The position numbers and the translations under genes are program-made. DNA of 63,500 nt, filler included, from Ministeria vibrans ATCC 50519 (taxonomy: Eukaryota > Protista > Filasterea), in assembly GCA_943704425.1 (NCBI GenBank). It is 6 parts of 6 records of this genome, joined end to end, with 100 filler letters (N's around TTAATTAATTAA, not from the genome) between each part and the next. Parts side by side here need not be neighbours in the genome. Positions count along the whole stretch, not along the records: positions 36,036 to 54,530 come from CALSCP010000488.1; positions 54,631 to 57,786 come from CALSCP010000300.1; positions 57,887 to 63,500 come from CALSCP010000253.1; 3 more parts are not named here. One strand, given 5' to 3'. Shown here in pieces: positions 53,301 through 63,500 of this stretch. Each line of letters starts with the position of its first letter. Within the stretch, counting starts at the first letter, position 1. The notes beneath the pieces were generated by a model. It saw only the letters and a list, made by a program, of their open reading frames with translations, was not told the DNA's origin and made no database searches.

Positions 53301-54490
53301 GATCGCATAGGCAACGGTGGCGACAACGATATCGACGACGACGACGCAGAGGCTGGATGTGCGTGGTGCTGGCGACCCGGAGATCGCCCGTGAACGTAGC
53401 CGCGAATGCTGCTGGTGCTTTGTCGACGCTCCTTGGCAGTGCTGGTGGAAGAAGACATGCCTGAAAGCGAGCGTGTCACGCTCAAAGCCGACGCAGCAGC
53501 TCTCGAAGCCAACGCACTGTCGTTGTCGCCGCCATCGTCGTCGTCATCGTCGCCCACCTTTGCCTCCATCTCCTCGATCAGCTCGGCAACAGTTTCAATT
53601 AGCGTCTGCACCGACGAGGTTGACGCAATATTGTACAGCGACACTTTGGTCCGGACGTACTCGACTTCGAGCTACAAGGCCGCCAAAAGTCAGAGAAGCA
53701 CTTGCGCTGATGATCAGCCCTTACCAGAGGCAATCCAACATCCCGTCGGCTTGTCTTCTTGTCAAACTTCTTGGCAATCTTGGCGCAGGCCGTGGCGTCT
53801 AGGAGAGGTGTGTCAGCGGGCGTGGGAGCGAAGGAAAAACAACGAAACAAAAAAAATTATCCTTACTCATGATCGCAAAACGTTTGAGGTTCTGCAGGGA
53901 AGCAAGCAGCTCGCGAGAGTCGGCGATGAAGCCAAGGGTGCGTCCTGTGTCGCCCCGGACGTCTGCTCGCTGTGCCAACGTCGCCAGCGCCGACACTCTT
54001 CTGGCGTAATCAGCGAGTTTCCCATCGAAAAAGTTGGCCTGACACCATCAACAATTAGTAAGTTCAGTCAGAGACGGTTGAAACGTTCCCTGTGCTGGAT
54101 TTTTCTGCCACCCACACAACACTGTGCCCGGCAGCCACCCTGCTGCCACATGGCTTCAAGAGGGGCCGCACAATCACACGTGTGTGTGTGTGTGTGTGTG
54201 TGTTTGTGAAAAAATGGGTGAGAGCTCGTTGGCACGTCTTCTTGTCCTTGTCTCACCGCTTTAGCAAGTTCAGCGTCACAATGAAAGAAAAAAACCGCCA
54301 TTCCATCTTCGGGAGTCGCTGCTGAGGCCACGATGCCATTTAGAACTCTCTTTAGACGCTTGTAGTCGACGTAGAAGCTGAAAGAGGCGATGGGTCAACG
54401 AATGACAAAAACGCCCCATTGAGTCCCATCAACGGCGTACCGAGACCACTTCGGAATCTGGCTACGAACAAGCTCTTTTCCAAACTTCAT
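50317..54490 (-). CDS. GDE1: SPX - ankyrin - glycerophosphodiester phosphodiesterase (Gde1-like), multi-exon
   Basis: MKFGK...YVDYKRLK (SPX); ankyrin repeats; IGHRGAG, ENTILSF, YIEFDVQ, GFNIEVKYP, IFSSFNPD, GVDAVIVD. Confidence 0.9.
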
Positions 54491-55000
54491 GACACGCGGT
54501 CGCCGCACGTGGGGGGGGGGGGGGGGGGGGNNNNNNNNNNNNNNNNNNNNNNNNNNNNNNNNNNNNNNNNNNNNTTAATTAATTAANNNNNNNNNNNNNN
54601 NNNNNNNNNNNNNNNNNNNNNNNNNNNNNNTTTTTTTTTTTTTTTTTTTTTTGAATGTTTCTCGTTTTCACAGGAAACGACGTGCCTCTGCAAGAGCGGG
54701 GTGGGAGCCCACAAGCCGCAGCACAGACTGGAGGGTGACGGGCGTCGATGCCGCTGCCAGGCTCTCCGCGAGCCGATTGACACATCGCTCAAAGAGAACT
54801 ACGCAAAAGACGGAGAAGGAGGGGTCAGCGGGCCACAAGAGGGCCGTGGGAGGAGGGGGGTGGTGCTCCGCTCGCATACCTGAGTGTCTCAAGAGAGGCA
54901 TGTCGCAAAATAGTGTAAAATTTGATAAAAATTAAAATTATTTTGTTGATTAATATAATTCATTCAATGTCTGTCTACTATACATTTACATCTACTCGCT

Positions 55001-56790
55001 CTACATTCGGTTGTGGGGCTTCCATGAAGCGAGAGACGCGAGCTCAAACGAAGAGCAAGTGGCGGAAACTTGTGTGAGAGCAAAATCAAAGTCGGAGGGT
55101 GTTGGACCGCTCAGAGTGGGGTCGCGATGGAGAGCATGGAGAGCAGCACGACGACACACATTGGAAAGGTCCGCGCCCGTGAAGTGCCGCGTGGCTTGTG
55201 CAAGCCGCAGTGCGGATTCGCTTGGATGGGCGCAGTAGCGGCGGAGCTATGAAAAACACACAGACAAGAGGGTGAGCACAACAAGGAATGGGCTAAAACG
55301 CGAGAGACGGACCTCCTTGTCAAGGATGGAAACACGGTCCGCTTCATCCGGCGGGGGCACAAAGAGCGTTTCTTCTAGTCGTCCTGCTCGTAGCAACGCC
55401 GAATCCAGTAAGTCGGGTCGATTCGTTGCGGCCTAAACACCAATTTTAATGTACTCTTATGTGACACCGGCACACAAAGAACTCACCAACACAACTACAT
55501 TGGAAGGAGTATTGTCAAGCTCCAACATCAGCTGCGAAATCAACTTGCGCTCCACATTGCTTCCTGTGTCGTCCTCTCGTCTCCCAAACAGTGCCTAAGT
55601 TGAAATTTTGATGTGTCGCAGACGAGAACACATATAGAGAGTGAAAGAGGGGGAACAAGGAAACAGGTGAGAAAGGAGGGAAAACGAACCAATTGGTGAG
55701 AAGGAAAACGAACAAAAGAGAGGAGGGAAAAGAGAATAAAGTGAGAACCCCCAAAATTGATAAAGAGAGAGGTCTCACCTGAATTTCGTCAAAGAAGAGC
55801 ACTGTTGGAGCATGGTCACGAGCACGGCGGAAGAGAGCGCGCAGAAGACGCTCACTTTCGCCCAACTGCGCACGCACTAGATCAACAGCACTGGTTGACA
55901 CAAAGTGCGCATGAGAGGCCTCAGCGGCTGCGCGTGCCAAAAGCGTCTTGCCCGTCCCCGGTGGTCCATACAGCAGAATGCCGCGTGGTGGACGCACTCC
56001 AAGGCGCTCAAATAGCCCCTGCTTGTCGTACACCCACATGACTGCCTCCTCCAGACAGGCCTTGGCCTCGTCTAGGCCCCCGACACGCGCCCATCCCCGC
56101 TCGCCCGCCACCCCACCACAGCCAACTCCCCTGCGATGCTCCTGTGCCCGCATTGCCTCCACTGCGTCCGTTGCTGTCTCGCCATCCTTTACACGCGCAC
56201 ACAGCCCCGAAATCTCGCACACTACTCTGGAAAAAATTAGTCAACTGACACCTATGTGTGTGGTATACCCTTTAGTCCTTCCGTGAGCTTGACAAGCTCA
56301 CTGTCAGCCTCACTTGCAAGTCCATACTCAAGCAATGCCTTGCGTTCCGCTCCACTCAGAGAGCCCACCTCAATCGTGTCTCTACACAACCCAAACAACA
56401 GCAAACTCAACAATTTTGTGCTCTCAGAACCGATAGTCAAAGCGACTCCTACTGAATGAGTTTGCGCACACGACTGTGCAAGTGATTGGGATTGGCAAGC
56501 GCACACACCACCAGTACAGGCGTGCCCTTCAACGCTTGCACATGCGCCTCAAACGACGCCAGCAGCGCAGCATCCACTTCATCGTCATCACATTCTGTCG
56601 TATGAGAGAGGAAAATAGAAAAAAGAAGACAAACAAATGAGTGAGACTCAGACATCTACATGATGAGTGTGCTTTTGGCTACGTGGAAAGAGTATGTGTG
56701 CGTCATCAATGAAGACAACGGAGGGCGCGCGGGTCTGTGCGCGCACAAAGACCTAAGGGACAGTTGTGTGTGTGAGAGAGAGTGTGTGTG

Positions 56791-56836
<46 letters not shown>

Positions 56837-57539
56837 TATATAATATATATATTGTGTGTGAGTGAATGTCTGCTAACTTGGTTGAGACCGCGGAAGGCAA
56901 GGGACGGGTGCTGAGCATAGAGATGACATGCACGAACTTGTTCAGTGTGAACAGAGTCTACTCGCCCAACTGCACTTAGTCCACTCACTGTTTTACCTAC
57001 AAAACAGACCACAGTAAGCGAAAAGAAAAAGCTGATGAGGGAAGGAGCCGAGAAAAAACAATAAATACCTGAGCCCACGGGACCCACAAGAAGTACAACG
57101 TTGGGAACAACAGAATGCGCGGGAGTGCGCGTCGTGCGCTCAACACAGAGCCGCGCGAGTCGGTGGAGCCGTTGAAAAGACGCTGGAAGCGGTAAAGGGG
57201 GTGACGGAACGGGTGTGGGTGTCGCTGTAACTGCACATCGGGTACTTGTGCCGTCAACAATGGTCCACGAGTCACTGAATTGAAAAGAGAAAGCGGAGAG
57301 AAGAAGATAAGAGTCGTTTGTAGACTGGAACGTACGTGGGAAGAACCGAGAGCGTAAATGGTCGCCAGGTACCGTTGGCGAGAGGCAAACAGACAGTCTC
57401 CCCACCACTATAAAATACATTGCACCGCAAAGAAACCCGATGAGAACAGTTCAGGCGTTTTCAAAAACGAGTGCGTACAAGACGGGTCGCCCACGCAAAG
57501 CAAGGCGCACAATGGCATCGGGACACCACAGAGACTCAT
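55001..57539 (-). CDS. CDC48/AFG2-family double AAA+ ATPase with degenerate first domain, multi-exon
   Basis: D2: [45 protein letters not shown]1: GPVGS|GKT with Walker B VFIDDA. Confidence 0.8.
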
Positions 57540-57641
57540 CTTTCTCCTACACTCAAGTCAATCAGTCAGTCAAGATAGGCTCTCTTTCTCAAACACACAC
57601 ATACACACACATATATATATATATATAATATATATATATAT

Positions 57642-57786
<145 letters not shown>

Positions 57787-57931
57787 NNNNNNNNNNNNNN
57801 NNNNNNNNNNNNNNNNNNNNNNNNNNNNNNTTAATTAATTAANNNNNNNNNNNNNNNNNNNNNNNNNNNNNNNNNNNNNNNNNNNNGGGGGGGGAGGGGG
57901 TCTTTAATGGACCAATATCCCCAATGCATAC

Positions 57932-59492
57932 CTGTTCAGCTACAAAGAACGTCTTTGATCCGTTGGGGTGGAGGAAGTAGCAGCGAAAGACCTCGCCAAT
58001 GATGGGGTTGTAAGGCTTCTTGACGCCCTTGGGAGTGTTGTAGAAACCACTGAGGTACCACTTGACAATGCCCGTCATACGGTCCGCAGGCGACTCCTTC
58101 TTGATGACGTCGGCAAGCACGTCGACGTGGAAGTAGTAGTCGGAGAGACGATCGAGCAGCGAGCGCGGCTCGAGAATAAATGTGGGCAAGGCAACGCGCG
58201 TGAGGTCCATACCTGGACGCACTTGACGCAACAGCGGCATAATGATGGACTTGTTTCCATCGTCCCACGTATCCACCTGACCCCCCTCGCCCTTGAGAAC
58301 GTTCACTTTATCCGTGAGCTTCTCGTACTCGGTTGCTTCGGTCTCCTCGGTGTCACTGAAGTCGTCGTCGTCATCGCTTGGTGCCACCGAACGGTCGGGC
58401 ACCAAGCAGGCCGACGACGAATGGCCCTTGTCCGTGGACGCGTCAGACGCGGACAAATGCGTGTCCGTCGAGGGCATCGACAATGTGGACGAGCCGGCGC
58501 GTGCCTGGATCATTTGATCGCGCGGGTGTGCGTGTTGCAGGTCAGAACGAGCTGCGCGCTCGATGCCATCGATCCAACGACGGCCCTCCTCTTCGGTAGG
58601 GCATCGCAAAATGATGGCGTCTGTGTTGATGGGCAGCCAACCGCTCGGCAAAGGCTCGCCCTTGGGACCACGGCTCATGAAGATGGAATGATGCAGCGGA
58701 TGGTACACCTTGAAACAGAAGCCCTGTTTCTTGGAGGGTCGTTCAATGACCTCGCAACCACTTAGGAGCACGCTGCTTGCCCACTCGCGCCCAGTGCTGT
58801 CCTTGAAGCACACAAGAACGCCGGGACGCAGCTCGACGTACTGCTTGCGCCAGATCTTCATTGAGCCTCGCACCTTGAGGAATCTGAACAAGCCAGGGTT
58901 AAAAAAATCATAGAGAATGAGAGAGAGAGAGAAGCAAAGTGATAAAGAGGAAAAGACAGAGAGAAAGAGATACAAACAAAGAGAGAGAAACAAAGAGAGG
59001 GGAAGGGAAGAATAAACAAAGACGTGACAAAGACAAAAGAAGAAACAAAGTGAAAAGAGAGAACGGAAGGAGAAAGAAAACAAAGCGATTCAGACAAAGG
59101 GAGAAGATAATAGTACGATATATGGGCGCGGTCATGGACCATGCATACCCTGTCACAATGGTGGCGCCGCGGTCGGTAAGATCGCCGATGAGCTGTTCTT
59201 GGCGAATGGCCTGCTCCTTTTTGTACACTTGTCGACGGATCTTAAGGCCATCTTCGGGCTTGTTGAGGCGCGTGAGTTGAGCCTTGAGCTCGTCTCGTTC
59301 GTTCTCAAGCTGCTCCACCTTGACGGTGCGGTGCGTGGGCGTCTGGATGCCCGAGAGCGCGTCGTCCGCCGCCGGCGCAGTCGAAGGCCGCTTTGCCAGC
59401 GAGACGCCCGCCGGAGCTGCCAGCGTGGGGCCGCCACTCGACGACGACGAAGCAAGAGCTGCCTCGTGCTCGGCAGCGTCGCCATTCTGCAT
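57932..59492 (-). CDS. Oxysterol-binding protein-related protein, ORP5/ORP8 type (PH plus ORD); 3' part lost in gap
   Basis: LKVRGSMK.W, ERPSKKQGFCFK, QVRPGMDLTRVALPTFILEPRS, VKWYLSGFY, KKPYNPIIGEVFRC, FVAEQV. Confidence 0.9.
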
Positions 59493-60241
59493 GCGACAAG
59501 CGGATGGGGTTAGAGAGCGCAAAAGTATTATAGTAAGAATGACAAAAGGACAAACGTAATGAAAAGAAGCAAAATGCACTGTTGTAAGACCGGTGTGTCT
59601 ATGCCACGCGAAGCTAGAGCATTCAAAAATACCGACGAGACATGCTGAAAGCAGCGAGAGGCATAGCAAGCGGTTTTCATGGGAAATTTCGTTGTCAGTT
59701 CAATCGCTGTTTAGACCAAAAAAAAGAAGAAGAAAAAAAAGAACAACGCAAAAGTACAATTTGGGAGAGTGCAGAAGCGCCTGGACCAATGTTCCTTCGG
59801 AGATGGTCAAGGCTTGATAGAGGGGAAGGGGCGGGAGGAGGCGAGAGAACGCGAGAGAGAGAACGAGAGAGGGAAGACCCCAAAATGAGAGCGCCCGGCA
59901 AATGCGGCAAAGGATGCGTCCTGCTGCGTACTCGAGAAGGTTCTGTCATAGTAGACTGGACTATTACAGGAAAGGAAACGACGAATAAAAAATGTGTAAA
60001 TTTAAAAATTAAAATTTTCAAGTTGAGTTTCGTTATTGCCGTCGATCGAAATACTCCGTCTCTGTAGCCCGTATAGCAGTGAATGTGACTGAAATTTTCT
60101 GTGCTGCTTAATGCTTATGAACACAGCGTCGGTGTTTTGTTTGAGGTGCTGCACGTCACCACTGGGTGTAGTACCCAGCAGTCGTGTGGGGACCGGGGGG
60201 CTGCGTTTACAGGTAATTATATACTTTTTATATATTTTCAG

Positions 60242-61979
60242 TTAGCACCAAGCGTCGGGCAACCTTGGACATTTGGGACCAAATGATGAAAAAAATCCGT
60301 CAAAGCGAGAGGGTGAATAGGCGTCAAAAGGGACGGAAGGTGGAGCGGGCTCGCCAGCGATCAGACGCGCTAAAAGATCTGCGGCACCGCATGCCTGAGT
60401 CCACCCTTTCGAACCATGACCTACAGCAGAAGGAGGGGGAGGGAGTCGTTAAGTTTACGGGTAATTTCGTAGTAAGTTCTACATCGTTGTATACCGGCAT
60501 TGATGAACAGGTTCGAGAAGCGCGGCGCAAGTCCGACAATAGGAACGTCGTCTGGAGCGATAGGACGAAGACAGGCTCGTACCGTCGCTTTACTCGTCTC
60601 CAACGTATCCCCCGGGAGAAACGTACACGCAGCATCCTACACAGCACAACGCCACACACTGTTAAAAAAAANNNNNNNNNNNNNNNNNNNNNNNNNNNNN
60701 NNNNNNNNNNNNNNNNNNNNNNNNNNNNNNNNNNNNNNNNNNNNNNNNNNNNNNNNNNNNNNNNNNNNNNNNNNNNNNNNNNNNNNNNNNNNNNNNNNNN
60801 NNNNNNNNNNNNNNNNNNNNNNNNNNNNNNNNNNNNNNNNNNNNNNNNNNNNNNNNNNAAAAAAAAAAACAGATAGACGTACAAGGAATCGTTGGGCGCG
60901 ATCGGGGTCCACCGTCAAATCTGCGAATAGTTTCATAAATTCTCATTTCAGTTGGCGTGATGTGCCATACCGTAACCAGTAAATTCGACGCAGCCGGAGA
61001 CGCGCAATTCGTCCTCGAGTGTTGAAATAAAGAATTTTCCGGCGTCACTGCCAAGGTTGGTTTGCAGACGGACGGGCGCCTGAGGCAGAGCAATAACCAT
61101 GCCGCGCACTGGAAAGACTGGAACAAGAACACCCAAGGGCGCCATCAACGACGGAGTACTGCAACCACTCGCAACCACAACCACGTCTGCCTTGTACTCG
61201 CGACCGTCCGTGGTACGAACCGAATTGATTCGAGTGGGGTCGCGCGAATCGACGCAGAGTCGCTCCACACGCGTGTTGTACAAGAACGTAGCGCCCAACT
61301 GAGTGCAGAGGCGGGCAAGTCCTTGCGTGAACATCAGACAATCTCCATTCGTATCGATGGACGAAAACACCCCACCGACAAACGGGGCGCGGACAGTGGC
61401 GAGTGCTGGCTCAACGGCAATACACTCAGAGGGCGTCAGCGACCGTGCCGATTCGTCTGCCTTCGCGGACGCCTTCAAGAGTGTTTCATCGCTGGAAAAG
61501 ATCTGCAGGGTGCCGCGAGCAGTCTGCCGCATGCCCAAGACGGTGGGGTGGTCGTCCAGAAGGCGCGACATGACCGCGAGAGAATGCCGCCCAATAGCGC
61601 CCACGGCTATTCGGTTGCGCGCCGCTGCGCCCTCCGTACAGTTTCGCAAGAAATGAAAGCCCCAGCGGAGAAAAAAGGGGTCGCGCAGGACACTGGGGTT
61701 GATGATGACGGGCGAAAAGGTATCGGGAGTGGAGGAGCGGCCGCGCTTGAAAATGGACGAGAGCAAAGACGTGGCGGTGCCTGGCGACGCCCACGGCATC
61801 GTCAGCGATGGACATAGCAGCGCTCCATTCATACGGCTCGTCACAAGGCCTGCTTCGCTCTCCGATTCGAGAATGGTCACTTGGTAGCCGCGCATCAACA
61901 AAGCGTGCGCCGAAGAAACGCCAACAACCCCAGCACCGATCACCAATGCGGTCCGTTGTGGCGTGTCTTGACTCGTCAT
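60242..61979 (-). CDS. FAD-dependent D-amino acid dehydrogenase/oxidase (DadA-like), spliced at the 3' end
   Basis: VIGAGVVG, TSRMNG, PWASPG, GDC.MF, VFPVRG. Downstream exons give ACLRPIAPDDVPIVG...NLFINAG|HGSKGWT. Confidence 0.88.
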
Positions 61980-62219
61980 TTCAAGAAAATTGAGAGATGA
62001 AAGTATTTTGACTTTTGATCAAGCATTCAACGTATTGGTATGGAATTTACATGAATTCTTCAAAGAATAAGACAACACCAAATTTACAGTAACTACTTAC
62101 GACCTAGAACACTTGAGTAGAACAACAATTAACAATACATAATACATATTTTTTGATTGGTGCAGCCTTGGCGAGGTGATTGCTCAGACTTGCGAGAGGC
62201 GACGGCAATCGGCGTAAGG

Positions 62220-63448
62220 ATGCAGCGGTCGTTTCGAGTGCCCAAACTGGACATTCCCAATCGAGCGGGCCACGAACAACTGGCCAGCCTGCATAGCGGC
62301 GTGTCTGCCGCGGTGCACGCCGTGTCGAGCCAGCACCGCAACGCCGACACGACGCCCGCCGACGACGCCAGCCCCGTCGTTGCAGGTGTGTGTGTGCAAA
62401 GGCGTTTTTGCATTTCGTTTGAACCGTTGCATGTCTGACTTTAGACCACCACAGACCCAGAGGGCGTCCCAGTCACCCCGAAATTATACCATGTACAGAT
62501 GTATTGCGAGTGAGATGACTGATGCACCGAATGACGTTGCGCTTCGCTTTGCAGTGGATCAACTGAGACGACGTGAAGCGGACGGTTGCGCACACACTGA
62601 AACGGATACGCGAAGCGACGGACCGTCGAGCGAAACTGCGCCCGACACCGCTGATCTTGACGATGAGGATGGAGGGTGAGAGCCACGTCCACATCGAGAA
62701 ATTGAGCTGATTTGTCCGCAATATATAGCTACTGTGAAGACATGCCCAACACTAGTCCCATTCCGGCAGCGTCTCCACGACAACCCGGCCCGGCCACTGC
62801 CGAGCCGGCTACAACCTCAACTGTGTCTCCCCGTGCGACGGATCTTGCGCCCCGTCGAAGCGGAGGGGACGCGACGCTGCCTGGCAACTATCTCATGCAG
62901 GACATTCAAATGCTTGGCGTAGTCGGTAGAGGTTCGGGGGGCGCAGTGCATCGGGTGCTTCACGTTCCTAGCGCGCGTATCTTGGCGATGAAGGTAAGGA
63001 GCATGATGGCACGTGGTTAAGATGGCGGTTGGCTTCCGAAATCTGATAGTACAATTTGGTCTGTTTTTCTTCAGGTGATTCCGTTGGATGCGAACGAGAA
63101 GCAACAGCGCCAACTCATGGTGGAGCTTCGTTCGCTGTACGAAGCCAAGTGTCGATATATTGTAAAGTATTACGGAGCCTTCTTTCGCGAGAGCTCTGTT
63201 GCCATCTTGATGGAGTATATGAACGCAGGCTCACTGGCAGACGTGGTGAACACCAACCGGACGGGTCTGCCTGAAACTCTGCTCTCGGCCATTGCCCTGC
63301 AGGTGAGCAGATTCTCTCCATCCCTACCTCTCCGCATTCTCATTGTCATTAAATGCACCAGGTTCTTGAGGGTCTCCACTACTTACACAAGGAGCGCCAT
63401 GTCATCCACCGAGATATTAAACCCGGAAACGTGCTCATCAATCGAAAG
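62220..63448 (+). CDS. MAP kinase kinase (STE7/MEK family), multi-exon, runs off the window
   Basis: [19 protein letters not shown]...[39 protein letters not shown]. Confidence 0.92.
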
Positions 63449-63460
63449 TACGTCGACACA

Positions 63461-63500
<40 letters not shown>

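Noticed and set aside
60060-60240. Possible U1-like snRNA (ATTACCTG on the minus strand)
   Set aside because: No U1 loop motifs or Sm-site context were recognisable.

Overview
Eukaryotic, intron-rich, gene-dense DNA, not prokaryotic. The gene set (integrin-linked kinase, endophilin-A-type BAR-SH3, ORP5/8-type OSBP protein, TEX9, fungal-type SPX-ANK-GDPD) points by inference to a unicellular opisthokont, probably a holozoan. Five N-flanked TTAATTAATTAA linkers break the window into separately assembled pieces, so adjacency across them is unproven. Bases 1-13.5 kb are an accessory, possibly subtelomeric mosaic: a non-LTR retrotransposon remnant and a dynamin/Mx fragment each joined to short TTAGGG tracts, a cluster of TTAYGCAA motifs, an orphan ORF, a membrane metallophosphoesterase, and a 5.3-kb decayed Mutator-type (MULE) transposon with ~150-bp TIRs. 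The rest is mostly housekeeping and signalling genes, plus a 5'-truncated LINE in a (TTA)n microsatellite. The best candidate for a new system is a ~1000-aa protein fusing a Rac-type GTPase, WD40 repeats, a multi-pass membrane domain and a zinc finger, placed head-to-head with ILK across 214 bp. All family calls come from motif recognition by eye with no database search, and exon boundaries are approximate.
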